Source: a virus
Lineage: Duplodnaviria; Caudoviricetes
DNA: 64,000 nucleotides
Virus record (IMG/VR): IMGVR_UViG_2909979649_000007
Coordinates: 23,525-87,524 of that record
Reading direction: 5' to 3' (one strand)
Shown here: positions 35,660 to 46,189 of the stretch, in pieces
Layout: the number at the start of each line of letters is the position of its first letter
Numbering within the stretch: the stretch's first letter is position 1
Made by a program: the position numbers and the translations under genes
Notes under the pieces: generated by a model
Database searches by the model: none
The model's input: the letters and a program-made list of their open reading frames with translations, nothing else
Told to the model about the DNA's origin: nothing

Positions 35660-36648
35660 GACAGGGTTTTCATGGTGATGTTAATGCCCGTGCAATACGG
35701 CGCTTGTTGCTGGGTGGTGATTAAGCGTTTTTCTGGTTGAATTAAATCCACCTGCACAGCACCAGCCTGATGCAAGTCATGGTAAATTTGCCCAGCATCA
35801 ATGGCCGCGTGTAAGGTAAATTGTTGATCGGTGTATTGCTGTAAGGCTTGTTCAGCACTGTTTTTAGTTAACCCTGCGTCTGGCCCTGAATACACATAAC
35901 ACACCACATCCACCGTATAGGGGAGTAATTCAGCTAACTGTACGGTAATCTGATCGGTGGCGGGGGCGACATCATCCCGAGCAAAATAGGCGTTAGCGTT
36001 TTCTAATAACGTATCAAGCTTTTGTTTAAGTGTTTTTTTGGATGCTTCGGTTTCCGCAAAGGCTAGTTGTAATTGATCATAGGCCAATAAGGTAATAACC
36101 ACTTTGCCCGGCTCTGGCCGAATCGCGGTGGCGGATTTAATCTGACTGGCTACGCCATTGTCACGAAATTGATAGCGTAAATTAAATTCCGTGGGTGAGG
36201 TTTTTTCCAAAGTAATATCGGGTTTTTCTCCCAACATTAACGCATGGTAAACATACGCCTTGTGTGGTCCTGCGACGGAAAAGGCATAAGGCGCTAAAAA
36301 ATACCGCAGCCGTAAATCATCATCACTCTCATTGGGGTGGCGTTCTAACCCTAGATTACTCACCACCGCATCTAAATTCGAGCCTTTAGCCCACCAGGCA
36401 AACATCTGCTGGGCTTGATAATTCAGTTGTCGAATATCATGCTGACGGATATACACCAAAGCTTGTAATAGCTTAGTGATTATTTCCGCATCGTTTTCCA
36501 GGGTGGTGGCTACCTCCTTAGCCTGGGTTTGATCCTGTTTAGCAATAAACTCGACGACCCGTTGTTTATATTCCGTGAATAGGTTTTCATAATCAGGGAC
36601 TGCCAAGGCTTCAGGCATGGCCAGCTGGTTATGGCCGGGAATCATCAT
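35656..36648 (-). CDS. Baseplate protein J
   Basis: PDYE.L..AKGSNLD..ESDDDLRLRY..SVAGP..AY.YHA..VAP.TDQ.TV. Confidence 0.9.
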   Translation of the reverse strand: MMIPGHNQLAMPEALAVPDYENLFTEYKQRVVEFIAKQDQTQAKEVATTLENDAEIITKLLQALVYIRQHDIRQLNYQAQQMFAWWAKGSNLDAVVSNLGLERHPNESDDDLRLRYFLAPYAFSVAGPHKAYVYHALMLGEKPDITLEKTSPTEFNLRYQFRDNGVASQIKSATAIRPEPGKVVITLLAYDQLQLAFAETEASKKTLKQKLDTLLENANAYFARDDVAPATDQITVQLAELLPYTVDVVCYVYSGPDAGLTKNSAEQALQQYTDQQFTLHAAIDAGQIYHDLHQAGAVQVDLIQPEKRLITTQQQAPYCTGINITMKTLS

Positions 36649-36983
36649 AAGGCAAACTCCAAAGTAATTAACTGGTCTTGCCATAACCCATGTAAATAAA
36701 TGGCAAAGCCATTGTTATCGCTATTGACAGTGACCCGGCACACCTGGCACTGAAAATCCAATACGCCATTGGCTGGATTAATTAACGCTTCCAATGTATA
36801 CACCTGGGCTTTTAACGCTGCTTCGGGGCTGACATTACGGCCTAATAAATCCGGTACCCGGGAACCAAAGGCCCGGCGCTTAATCCGTGCCCCAACCGGG
36901 GTACTTAACACCTGTTGTAGACGGCTTTTTAATTGGGGAATTTCAGCCAGGGTTTTCCCGGTGGTGCGATCAATGCCAATCAT
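36645..36983 (-). CDS. Baseplate wedge W (GPW/gp25)
   Basis: MIGIDRTTGK..Q.L.TP.G.R..R..FGS..P.LL. Confidence 0.9.
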   Translation of the reverse strand: MIGIDRTTGKTLAEIPQLKSRLQQVLSTPVGARIKRRAFGSRVPDLLGRNVSPEAALKAQVYTLEALINPANGVLDFQCQVCRVTVNSDNNGFAIYLHGLWQDQLITLEFAL

Positions 36984-37270
36984 TAATCTACTACCCAATA
37001 ACTGTCACCGGTTGCCACTTGACTACCACAACTGACCGGATCACCAATGCGGCCCACAGCGTTACCATTAACCGTCATATAAGCCGAGCCCGCCGCTAAG
37101 ACACCCGCATGACAAACGGGCACCGGGTTACAATGATCCGCCCAACCATGACCGACACAATGTACCGGACGGCCATTGATCACTAAATAATGATCCGAGC
37201 CGGTATTATTGCGCGGCGGAAAATCCGCATGACCGGTACAAGAGTCGCCAAGTAAACAAATAGGTTGCAT
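36983..37270 (-). CDS. PAAR spike-tip protein
   Basis: LGD.C.GH..F.P..V.INGRPV..H..G..V.VNG.AVGR.GD...CG. Confidence 0.9.
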   Translation of the reverse strand: MQPICLLGDSCTGHADFPPRNNTGSDHYLVINGRPVHCVGHGWADHCNPVPVCHAGVLAAGSAYMTVNGNAVGRIGDPVSCGSQVATGDSYWVVD

Positions 37271-37302
37271 AGGAAAATAGGAATTAAAAAGGAAGAAAAT
37301 AA

Positions 37303-37896
37303 TTAACGTTTATTAGCGATATGCTGCTGGGCTTTTTCGGTAATAATGCCACCAATATCCAGGGTTAAATTACCAGTGATTTTAATGGTTAAATCCCCTA
37401 CATGATTAATCACGGCTTGATTGCTGTTATGGTCAATGGTGAATTTAGAGCCATTAGGATACACCCGACAATGCTCGTGTAAATTCGTGGACGGCGGTGG
37501 AAACCGATCACAATAAAACCCACACAGTGCAAATGCCTGACTGGAGTTATCTCCGGCGGCATAGTTAATTAATAAACTTTGTTCACCGACAGACGGACAA
37601 CGGTACTCTTTCACTTGGCCAGCAGCGGGCACAAAAAAACGAATAAACGGTGATAAATTATCACCATGTTTTACTTTGACTAGTGCATTTTGGGGATCAA
37701 CCGCAGCGACCGTGCCCACCCGAATTTGATTGCCTAAGCGTCGGTAAATCTCGTCGGCTTCTTCCACTAACTCGGCTATTTTATCTTGGTATTCCTGTAA
37801 ATACCGTTGCACCACCGATTCGATAATGTCAATCATGGAACCGTTCATATTCTTTTTCGTCGGCTGGATTGTTCGGATTATTGGCCCACCAAACAC
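37303..37896 (-). CDS. Baseplate spike protein V (true start probably 37836-37848)
   Basis: IRVGTV.AVD..V..G...W/F..AG..P.VGEQ.L. Confidence 0.9.
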   Translation of the reverse strand: MFGGPIIRTIQPTKKNMNGSMIDIIESVVQRYLQEYQDKIAELVEEADEIYRRLGNQIRVGTVAAVDPQNALVKVKHGDNLSPFIRFFVPAAGQVKEYRCPSVGEQSLLINYAAGDNSSQAFALCGFYCDRFPPPSTNLHEHCRVYPNGSKFTIDHNSNQAVINHVGDLTIKITGNLTLDIGGIITEKAQQHIANKR

Positions 37897-38365
37897 CTTT
37901 TACAGGGGGATCGTCTTCTAATTCACTGGGACCTAAATAAATGGTTTGAGAGAACAATACGCACCAGGACTCGTAACCGTTACTGTTATCGGGATCAAAG
38001 CCACCGGGTATTGTCCGAATATCAGTGGGGTAGTCGATTTGTTGGGTGGGTAATCCCCATAAATGACAATCAATACGACGGGCTAAGCCTATGGCTAAAT
38101 CCAGGGATTTTAATTCCGGTTGTAATTTATGGCGGCCAACTTGAATATGCAGTGCCACGTCTAATTGCACCCCATAACGGCCATCATGATTCCGTTGGAT
38201 CGCTTGGGCTTGCTCAATTTCAATTAAAATAGCGGCTTCATGTTGGCTTAGGTTAACCCGACCATAATCACTGTAGCCACTAATAAAACACGTCTCATGT
38301 AGGATACTTTGCAAGGAGGATTCAACCGCCCGGTAAAATTCAGACGGCTCATTAAGCATAGCCAT
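37829..38365 (-). CDS. Tail completion/terminator-like protein
   Basis: Synteny; YESWCV.F.QTIYLG. Confidence 0.65.
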   Translation of the reverse strand: MAMLNEPSEFYRAVESSLQSILHETCFISGYSDYGRVNLSQHEAAILIEIEQAQAIQRNHDGRYGVQLDVALHIQVGRHKLQPELKSLDLAIGLARRIDCHLWGLPTQQIDYPTDIRTIPGGFDPDNSNGYESWCVLFSQTIYLGPSELEDDPPVKGVWWANNPNNPADEKEYERFHD

Positions 38366-38924
38366 TAATTAGCACCTCAATTTCATGATCTAATAAGGTA
38401 TGAAAGCGTTGTATTAGTCGAGCTTCCCAGCGTTCCGCGATATCCCGTAACGGGGTTTCAATGTTTTCAGTGACTAACTCAATCGGCAGTCGATGACGCC
38501 GGGGCCGGCCTTTACTGTCGTGTCCTTGGGCATAACGTGCCAGGGCTTTACGCTTAAATACCAATAGCTGGCCAGACCGCATCGGCTGTATAAAAGCCCC
38601 TGGATAAGCACGGCGACCCACCTTTACCCCTTGGGCACTAAAGCGTGGTTGTCCTAACCAATGAACTCCCACCCGGTTCAGGCCAAACCAGACTTTCATT
38701 CCCCGGTTACCAAGTGGAAAGATTTGTACACGGCCTTTTATCGCGGTTCGCCGAATACTTAACTCGGTGCCTAATTCCCGCAATGAGTGGGTCCGCAACC
38801 ATTTGGCGGCTTTTTTTAAAGCGCGGTTGGTTGCTTTATCAATTTCCTTTGCTGTTAATAATTCCGTGCCGGCCTGGCTTGTTGCGGTTTGAGTAATATC
38901 AATTTCTAAATAAGGAGCCGTCAT
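38352..38924 (-). CDS. Tail completion protein (lambda Z-like)
   Basis: A..RAL.K.A.W.RT..VWFG.N..GV.VG...GAF..RLPI. Confidence 0.75.
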   Translation of the reverse strand: MTAPYLEIDITQTATSQAGTELLTAKEIDKATNRALKKAAKWLRTHSLRELGTELSIRRTAIKGRVQIFPLGNRGMKVWFGLNRVGVHWLGQPRFSAQGVKVGRRAYPGAFIQPMRSGQLLVFKRKALARYAQGHDSKGRPRRHRLPIELVTENIETPLRDIAERWEARLIQRFHTLLDHEIEVLINGYA

Positions 38925-39276
38925 AAGTCGTCTCAGGTTTTCGGTTTAATACCAACTCGACTAATTCATTATCAATGGGGTATTGATCCGCAATGACATA
39001 CAGCTGCTGATTTAATTCGATCATGAGCCCGTTTTTTTGTGGGGGCGCATCAGCTTTAAGGACTTGGAAGTAACAGGTGTGGTGGGTTTGTTTAATGCCT
39101 TTGGCCACCTCGTTAAACTTTCTGCCAAGGGTGCCATGTTGCTCAGGCACACTATCAAACCCATTAATCACTTTTTTATGACTACCATCAATTAAAGTGG
39201 CTGATGTGCCCAGCCCCAATAATGGATCAAGTAAGGCTTGATCCATGGCGGCGGTCAATTCATCAAAGCGTTTCAT
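38899..39276 (-). CDS. Head-tail joining protein (FII-like)
   Basis: Synteny after DUF2190. Confidence 0.55.
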   Translation of the reverse strand: MKRFDELTAAMDQALLDPLLGLGTSATLIDGSHKKVINGFDSVPEQHGTLGRKFNEVAKGIKQTHHTCYFQVLKADAPPQKNGLMIELNQQLYVIADQYPIDNELVELVLNRKPETTYDGSLFRN

Positions 39277-39593
39277 TAACTGACAATCACTTCCACCAGC
39301 CCATCACCGGATGACTGATAAAAGTGTCCAATGTCTAAGTTATTCTCGGCGGCACTGGTCACCGCTTTTTTGGATTTACTCCAGTAGGCTTTTTTACCGG
39401 TGACCACACTGGCCGAGCCTTCAACCGGTAACGCAAAAATGCCATAACGCATGCCCACAAAGGACTGTCCGGCGGGTGCCGTTTGTTTAGGGATAACAAA
39501 TAAATCCTCGATACAAACGGGTACCCCCGATTCCACACCACCCGAGGGTGCAATTAAATTCAACGTGTCATGATCAGCAAGATAATTTTTCAT
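39276..39593 (-). CDS. DUF2190 capsid accessory protein
   Basis: MKNY...G..L...AP..GVESG.P..I...G.F.LP. Confidence 0.85.
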   Translation of the reverse strand: MKNYLADHDTLNLIAPSGGVESGVPVCIEDLFVIPKQTAPAGQSFVGMRYGIFALPVEGSASVVTGKKAYWSKSKKAVTSAAENNLDIGHFYQSSGDGLVEVIVS

Positions 39594-39658
39594 GGTTGTA
39601 ATCCAAGCTTAGAAATAATTAAAAAATAAAAGTGAAGGAATAAAAGAAAACAGGCGCT

Positions 39659-41665
39659 TTATTTGACGCCTGGATTTTTTGATAACGTCCGATAAGACAA
39701 GGCACTGACACCGGCATCAATTCGTACTTTAAATTCGGCGCCATCCACATCCCAGCCTTGTTGCTGTTCTAAATGGGGTTTATCATTGCCATCTAAATAC
39801 GACACTTCAACTGTGTCATAGCGATTACCCGCCGCAAAGAACCAGGGCAGAGCTTTATTTTCAAAGGCGTAATCCAACCGAGAGTCTGCCACCACGGTTG
39901 CCATGCCTTTATGGGGATTAATTTTATTAAAGTTATCGCTGTCAGGGTCATAGCTATTTGTCATGTAGCTGTGGGCAATGTCTTCCAAGGCTAATGGCAC
40001 AATTAAATAAGTGGGACGAATATTTAACGGGGTACCCGTACCATCTCGTTGTAACCCCATGGCTAATTTACCTTCGCGCAACGAAATAGAATTAATGTCC
40101 GAGGCTTTTAGCAGGTTGTTATGATCCGCATGAAATAATGGCTTACCATCTCTCATCGTGGGATTTAAAATTAACACCGCATAAACTAAATTCCCGACCG
40201 TACGAATGGCCGCTTGTCCCATCATGGATGGGATTTTAGTAAACGCATCCAAATCATCATTAATAATGGTTTGGCGGGTAATCGAGAATTTACGCCCATA
40301 GGTGGCTAGTTGAAGTTGTTCACCCGTATCATTCAAGGTGGCGTATTGGTATTTACCGCCATCTTCCACTTTCTTTAATACAGGGAAGGATTCTAAGCCG
40401 ACGCGGTGCGACACTTTAAAATCACCTAAATGGCCTTTTTTAGTCCATTTTGTAAAAGTTTCCTCGGCTTCATCAACGCCTTTTAACATGGCTTTATGGG
40501 CCACATCTTTCAACACATGATTAAAATCACTGCTGGTATGCGTAAACGCACTGGCCACTAAATCCATTTTATCCATGCCATAGGCAGAGACCCCGGATTC
40601 AGTTAAAGCCAAGCGCGCCGACTCCATTAATGATAGGTTTTTATAGCGGTTTTCTTGCTCCAGCTGATCCAAACCCACCCGGGCCGCTAACATGTTGGTT
40701 AAACTGTCACGAATAATCCGGCCATTACTGGCATGAAAGCGGGCATCAATACGGTGGTTGCCGGATGCCGGTTCACTGCCTTTGCCTAACGCTTCCAGTA
40801 ATTTATCTTTGGCCGCATTTAAATCGATATCCATATCATTTAAGCAGGTTTGCTTTAATTCGCTAAATTGCGAAAACCCGTCAAATAGCGCATTAATATC
40901 CGTGCGCCGGGTTTGTTCTTTGGCTTTAAAATTTGCCTCGGCATTCGCCACATTGGCTGAATCAGGCATGGAGGTCTCCTTTGTTTCTACAATGGTGGGT
41001 GTGTTTTTAGGTTGATGGGAAGTTGGGGCTTGGTTCTTTGAGGTTTCACTAACAGGCGTTAATTGATTTACTAATGTTTTCGGTGGGTTGAAAACGGATA
41101 ATTGCTTGGCATCGAAACGCGCTTGCATTTCCACCGCATTAATCACTTCATCAGCAAAACCCGCTTCAACAATTTCATTGCCGACTAACCAGGTAGTGGC
41201 ATCACATAATTGAGCCACGTCTTCTGCCGTTTTGCCCGAGCGCTCAGCGTAGCAACCAATCATGGTTTGCCGAGCTTTTTTCATTAAACTTAAATAGCTT
41301 TCAACGTCGGTTTCTTCCCCATACACACCACCTTGTGGGTTGTGCATCATAAAATAGGCATTTTCAGGGACTTTTCGAACATCACAGGCTTGTAAAATCA
41401 CCGAGGCCATCGAAGCCGCGACACCATCAATATAACCGGTAATGGTTGCCGGATGATTGCGTAACGCATTATAAATGGCGGTACCATCAAATATAGAACC
41501 ACCGGGGCTATTCAGGTGTAATTCAATCGCTGGGGTTTTAATGGTTTTAACCGCCTCTAAAAACCCTTTAGCACTGACACCATAAGCACCAATTTCATCA
41601 TAAATATAAATGGCGGTAACACCGTCAGCTTTCGCCTCGATGCTATACCAGGTTTGTTTTGACAT
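39659..41665 (-). CDS. ClpP-like prohead protease-major capsid fusion
   Basis: IYIYDEIG..LHLNSPGGS..G.AASMAS..MMHNP; capsid HTSSDF..ATYGRKFSITRQ..NDD..VRIDAG. Confidence 0.93.
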   Translation of the reverse strand: MSKQTWYSIEAKADGVTAIYIYDEIGAYGVSAKGFLEAVKTIKTPAIELHLNSPGGSIFDGTAIYNALRNHPATITGYIDGVAASMASVILQACDVRKVPENAYFMMHNPQGGVYGEETDVESYLSLMKKARQTMIGCYAERSGKTAEDVAQLCDATTWLVGNEIVEAGFADEVINAVEMQARFDAKQLSVFNPPKTLVNQLTPVSETSKNQAPTSHQPKNTPTIVETKETSMPDSANVANAEANFKAKEQTRRTDINALFDGFSQFSELKQTCLNDMDIDLNAAKDKLLEALGKGSEPASGNHRIDARFHASNGRIIRDSLTNMLAARVGLDQLEQENRYKNLSLMESARLALTESGVSAYGMDKMDLVASAFTHTSSDFNHVLKDVAHKAMLKGVDEAEETFTKWTKKGHLGDFKVSHRVGLESFPVLKKVEDGGKYQYATLNDTGEQLQLATYGRKFSITRQTIINDDLDAFTKIPSMMGQAAIRTVGNLVYAVLILNPTMRDGKPLFHADHNNLLKASDINSISLREGKLAMGLQRDGTGTPLNIRPTYLIVPLALEDIAHSYMTNSYDPDSDNFNKINPHKGMATVVADSRLDYAFENKALPWFFAAGNRYDTVEVSYLDGNDKPHLEQQQGWDVDGAEFKVRIDAGVSALSYRTLSKNPGVK

Positions 41666-41670
41666 GTTGT

Positions 41671-43152
41671 TTACTCTTGAGCGGATGGGGTGGATTTAGC
41701 GTAATACTGGTGATAACTATCAGAAGAAAACACCAGGTTATTTTTTCGGTTTTCCTGAATTTCGCGTAACCGTTGGCGCTTAATTTCTCGGGGATTACGA
41801 GCACGGCTGCGAATCACTTCGGCCTCCGTGGAATAACCGCCTTGTACCAGTGAGTTATAGCCCTCGGCTTCTTTGGCGGGATCAATCCAAGGCATCACCG
41901 GGGGTTGATAGTGGGCATTAAAAACCGTTGATGGCTCGACATCGGCTGGAATGGTTAACCCACTTAAGGTAGCCATTTGTACCCAACGCCGGTAAGTCGG
42001 TCTTGCCCAACGAGCAATAAAAGCATTGGATAACACGCCGTAACTAACAAAGGATTCCACTAACTCTTGTCGCTGTGCACTGTAAGTGCCGTCATATTGT
42101 TTGGCTACGGTGGAAAAATTAGCCCCGGTCGCCGAACACACCGCCCGTAGCATGGCATCCCGAAACGATTGTAATAATTGGCTAGGCCGTTTGGATTCAA
42201 TCACGCCGACATCTTCCCCTGGGCGTAAATCATCAAAAATATTTCCCGGTGCAATAGGAAACGACTGTCGTTTATTGGGCTGCTCTAATTCATCGTAATA
42301 ATCAGGCAAACCTTTACGAATATAAAAGGCCATGGCAGCAGCAATTCGAGCAGCAACCAGCTCACTTTCTTCATAGCCTTGCAGCCCACTTAAGCGCTTA
42401 ATGACCGGGGCTAAAATGCTAATGCCCCGGCCTTGGTGTAACCGAGTCATTTGTTTAATGTGTTGGACTTTCCAAGCCGGAATTTCACGCAGTAGTTGTC
42501 TTGGTGAGCTTATTCCACTGCCCGGATGATCCCGGTACACATGATAGGCGACGGGTTGATTCCAGTTATTATGCTGAATCCCTTGGGTAATCTTTTTTTT
42601 CGGTTCACTAAAATCAATGGGTAAAAAGTCAGGCTCTAATACTTGTAGCGAAAAAGGCACCACTTGATTAGGGTGATGAAAGCCGTTAATTCGCCCGACT
42701 AATTGTTCACCTAGACATTCCCCATCCCGTAACCAAGTACGACAGACTAAACGTTCTAACTCTGGGCGGGTTAATTCACCTGAACTGTCGGGGGCTAATG
42801 ACCATTCCGCAAATTGTTGGCTTAAGGTATTAGCAAAATCCTCATGAATTTCGCCACCTTTGGTTAAAGGCATCGGTTCCACTCCAATCCCATTCGGTCC
42901 CACGGTATGATTCACTAGCACCGATAATAGGCCACTGACTAAATCGTGATTTTCTTCCAGCCAACGGCCTTGGCCCCGTAAACTTTTACCGGCCCATTCT
43001 ACAGTGCTATTGGCATCACTGTGGTTAGTTTTGGCTTTATGCAACCGACTAGGGCGAGCCGCTTCATACAGTTGTATTTCACAGCGGGATTTTGCCCGCG
43101 CGGCAGCCCAACTGGGAGATATCAGGGCAATGGATTTTTCTAATGGATTCAT
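41671..43152 (-). CDS. Portal protein, lambda family
   Basis: YEAA..LR.Q.R.L..N..G..LEPD..P.AYH..RG.S.LAP..SA.R.EL..WIDP.KE. Confidence 0.93.
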   Translation of the reverse strand: MNPLEKSIALISPSWAAARAKSRCEIQLYEAARPSRLHKAKTNHSDANSTVEWAGKSLRGQGRWLEENHDLVSGLLSVLVNHTVGPNGIGVEPMPLTKGGEIHEDFANTLSQQFAEWSLAPDSSGELTRPELERLVCRTWLRDGECLGEQLVGRINGFHHPNQVVPFSLQVLEPDFLPIDFSEPKKKITQGIQHNNWNQPVAYHVYRDHPGSGISSPRQLLREIPAWKVQHIKQMTRLHQGRGISILAPVIKRLSGLQGYEESELVAARIAAAMAFYIRKGLPDYYDELEQPNKRQSFPIAPGNIFDDLRPGEDVGVIESKRPSQLLQSFRDAMLRAVCSATGANFSTVAKQYDGTYSAQRQELVESFVSYGVLSNAFIARWARPTYRRWVQMATLSGLTIPADVEPSTVFNAHYQPPVMPWIDPAKEAEGYNSLVQGGYSTEAEVIRSRARNPREIKRQRLREIQENRKNNLVFSSDSYHQYYAKSTPSAQE

Positions 43153-43373
43153 TCGAATTCTGCCAGGCTAGGCCATTGACGACCGGAAGACTGCAATTGA
43201 CGAACTTTGCTTTCCCATTCTTGGCGACCTTGGCGAATTTCCGCGAGATTTTCACGGGTCCAATTACGGTCACCTTTGGTAATGGATTTTCCCGATAAAA
43301 CAGCTTGCTCCGCTTCTAAATAAAAGCGCAGCATCGATTTAGCTTCAGTTAATGTCATGTGCAAGTTAACCAA
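43149..43373 (-). CDS. Head completion protein (gpW-like)
   Basis: Y..AE.AVL.GKS....R...ENL.EIR.GR..WE. Confidence 0.8.
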   Translation of the reverse strand: MVNLHMTLTEAKSMLRFYLEAEQAVLSGKSITKGDRNWTRENLAEIRQGRQEWESKVRQLQSSGRQWPSLAEFE

Positions 43374-45421
43374 TCATTTAAGGGATCAGCCGGGGCTGAG
43401 GGTTGAGTTTTGACTTCAGGCGTAGGTGTTGAAGGAACAGAAGCTTTTTTCTTTTCTGTCGTAGTTTGATTATTGCCTTCTAATAACGGGTAAAAATCAA
43501 TATTGCGTTTAATCCGGTGCACATTCAGAATATTCGCCAAAATAAATTGCATGGCCTCACAATCTAAATAATGGTTTTCACCGACTTGTTTCCATTCGTC
43601 GTTTAACTCGTCGTATTCTTCCCCGACAATTTCCTTGCAATAATCATCCGTGGTCGCCGATGACAGTACCCACCAAGCCGGTTTGTTATAAGGGCGGCCA
43701 ATGCGACTGTGTACCCAGGCTTTTGCCCGTGAGGAATCAAAATCCCAACGGGTTTCGGTACGTTCACGACTGATCCGGCCTTGTTGGGTTACCCCGACAC
43801 GAATCATTCGAAATAGCCGATTCATTTTATCGCCACGCAATACCCGACAACGGCCACGGTGTTTACGGGCAAAGGCATAAACATCATCTGGGCGATAACC
43901 GGAATCAATGCCCATTTGTTTAATGCCATAGCCTGACCATTCCTGTTCAAGCAATAGCGATAACGCTTCCCAAACTTCCGGGTGATCGGTTTCGCCAAAT
44001 AATTCGCCATGCTCAACTAACTGGCTCCCCATGCCTGGCCACCAGGCACGCACAACATACACCAGGCGTCGTTTTTGTACGTCAACGGTACATAATAAAA
44101 ACTTAGGATTGGCAAGGACTTTACCTGGGGGAATTTGCTGGCAAATATGGTATTTCACTTCTTCCCATTTCGGCGCGTCGCCTGGCTGGTCGTAAGGTTC
44201 ACCAAAGACGGTATTAAATACACCCTGTAAGGTTTCCGGGTCACCCGTGCGAAGGGCTTCAATTAACCGCTTGGCACAATAACCATAGGTTTTTTTCGGG
44301 GAAAAAGAACAGAGCCCAGACACCCACGCAGAAAAATGCGTATTACCGGCTGTATCCGCTGTGCCAGTAATTTCCCCTTGCTGATTAACCATTTCACCGG
44401 GGGCAATAATGACACCACGCTCATTCATTTTACGGCGGTACTTGTCTTCTATTACCACTGAACAATGAGGACAACGCAAGCCGGCTTTTTTTTCTGCCGC
44501 TTCCGGGGTAACTTCGCCTTCATCCCCAATGCCGGGTGTTAATAACCCCGACCAGGGAATAAAATAATGATGGCAATGCGGGCAAGGCACACACCACTCA
44601 TGCCGGGTACCTTGTTGCCAGAGTTTCCACACTTTCGAGTGCAGTTTATCCAGCTCGGTGATTTCCCAATGGGCAGTTTTTGTCTTGGGATGGGTAAAGC
44701 GACCCACTCGACCTTTAGTAGGGGTGGCGGTATAAGCCACTTTGGAATTAGCAAAGGCATCGCCCCGGGCTTCAATGATTGTGGTGGTGTCACCTTCGTT
44801 GGTATTAACAATCCGGTCAACTTCATCCACCAGGACTAAACCAGCCGAATCAGCGGCTAATTCTGTCGGGGAACCGGCCCAGGCAAAACGGAATTTAATG
44901 CCACCGAGCCATTTAGTGTATTTAGTTGAACGCCGATGGTCGTATTTTTTGGCGAGGGTTTCACTCTGTAAAAATAACGCATCAAATTTAGGCTCGATAG
45001 TGGAGTCAATTAAATTCGAGGTGGGTGCTACATATAAGACCGGTGTTGGATCATCATCTAACCGCCAGCCCACGACATTTTCCATCGTCACCGATTTACC
45101 CATTTGGGTACCCATGACAAAAGTAATTCGGTTGTATTGAGGTTTAGCAAAGGCTGCCACTATCGGTTGCATATAAGGATTAACGCTCGGATCAAATGGC
45201 CCGGGAATCGGTGACCCTAATGGCATCACCCGATTATCACGCGCCCATTCGTCCGCTGTTCTCGGTGGCGGTCGGTCCACCATCTTGGCCATCAGACTCA
45301 CGACTGCCGTTAATTTCTGCAGTGAGTGTTTGTACTTCTGACAATAATTCGCCGGCAGTGGCTGACTGTATGCGTGCGCATTCATGTTGTAACTTGTCTT
45401 CGACTTCGGCGGGATTATCAA
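43355..45421 (-). CDS. Terminase large subunit, GpA family (true start probably ~45292)
   Basis: TQMGKS Walker A, VLVDEVD, STP-like TATPT, VDVQK, NHYLDCE. Confidence 0.93.
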   Translation of the reverse strand: MIIPPKSKTSYNMNAHAYSQPLPANYCQKYKHSLQKLTAVVSLMAKMVDRPPPRTADEWARDNRVMPLGSPIPGPFDPSVNPYMQPIVAAFAKPQYNRITFVMGTQMGKSVTMENVVGWRLDDDPTPVLYVAPTSNLIDSTIEPKFDALFLQSETLAKKYDHRRSTKYTKWLGGIKFRFAWAGSPTELAADSAGLVLVDEVDRIVNTNEGDTTTIIEARGDAFANSKVAYTATPTKGRVGRFTHPKTKTAHWEITELDKLHSKVWKLWQQGTRHEWCVPCPHCHHYFIPWSGLLTPGIGDEGEVTPEAAEKKAGLRCPHCSVVIEDKYRRKMNERGVIIAPGEMVNQQGEITGTADTAGNTHFSAWVSGLCSFSPKKTYGYCAKRLIEALRTGDPETLQGVFNTVFGEPYDQPGDAPKWEEVKYHICQQIPPGKVLANPKFLLCTVDVQKRRLVYVVRAWWPGMGSQLVEHGELFGETDHPEVWEALSLLLEQEWSGYGIKQMGIDSGYRPDDVYAFARKHRGRCRVLRGDKMNRLFRMIRVGVTQQGRISRERTETRWDFDSSRAKAWVHSRIGRPYNKPAWWVLSSATTDDYCKEIVGEEYDELNDEWKQVGENHYLDCEAMQFILANILNVHRIKRNIDFYPLLEGNNQTTTEKKKASVPSTPTPEVKTQPSAPADPLNDWLTCT

Positions 45422-45821
45422 TAATGGCTAAGGCGTTGGCATTACGGGGTGGTAATACTTGTAATTGGGTGCTAAAAATATTGGCCACCCGTAATAAAAT
45501 CTGTTCCACCACAGGAAAAGGTAATAACTCTTTTCGGGCAGTGGCGGTTTCCATTTCTACTTTTTCACGGCGTGCCCGTTTAAGTTTTAATTCTTCACTG
45601 GCTAATGAGCCTTCGACTATTTCACAGTGACCCAGCTGCTTATTGACTTCGGTTTGAATTAACCACTCAATGGCTTTAGCCGTATCAATTTTTAAGGCCA
45701 CACCACGGCCCCCACCATCCTCAATAGGAAAGTCAGGATGATTCGCAATGAGCTCGGAGATATGGCGCGGACTTTTGCCCAGGATGTCGGCAAACTCTTT
45801 TTTATTAACTAACTTACCCAT
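45237..45821 (-). CDS. Terminase small subunit (Nu1-like)
   Basis: VNKKEFADILG.S.R.I..FP..G.G..IDT..AI.W; coiled coil. Confidence 0.88.
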   Translation of the reverse strand: MGKLVNKKEFADILGKSPRHISELIANHPDFPIEDGGGRGVALKIDTAKAIEWLIQTEVNKQLGHCEIVEGSLASEELKLKRARREKVEMETATARKELLPFPVVEQILLRVANIFSTQLQVLPPRNANALAIIDNPAEVEDKLQHECARIQSATAGELLSEVQTLTAEINGSRESDGQDGGPTATENSGRMGA

Positions 45822-45822
45822 C

Positions 45823-46170
45823 AGAAAGGAGATTGAGTGAAAAACGGCAGTTGAAGTAGGCTAGACCCCCCGTTATTGCTGGCCTCGTTAAGGTCCTTTC
45901 TTATTGCTGCAGAAGGGACAATTCAGGGGTAATTTGAACACAATACAAACAAAAAGTAAGTGCATGGCACTGACTTGGCTCCTTTCTTTTTTTGCCTTCG
46001 AAACCACTAAAACCCCTGTTTTTATAGGCTAAAGTCCACTTTTGACGGTCTCAGGAGAAAGGAGGCAAAACGGGCTGTTTGTTACCCGACAAGTGGTTTA
46101 CTCCTTTCTCAACTCGGCGCTAGCCCCCGTCATTACTGAGATTCTTATGTTTTGAGAAAGGAAGAAAGGA
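45823..46170. repeat. Seven AGAAAGGA octamers in both orientations (cosB-like)
   Basis: + strand: 45823, 46056, 46155, 46163; - strand: 45894, 45980, 46102. Confidence 0.8.
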
Positions 46171-46189
46171 CCCCATTTTTGACAGTAAA

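Noticed and set aside
39659-41665. Host ClpP protease
   Set aside because: Fused to the major capsid domain and placed after the portal gene; it is the prohead protease.
45823-46170. CsrB-like sRNA
   Set aside because: The GGA motifs occur on both strands and flank cos/terS, favouring DNA-binding sites.
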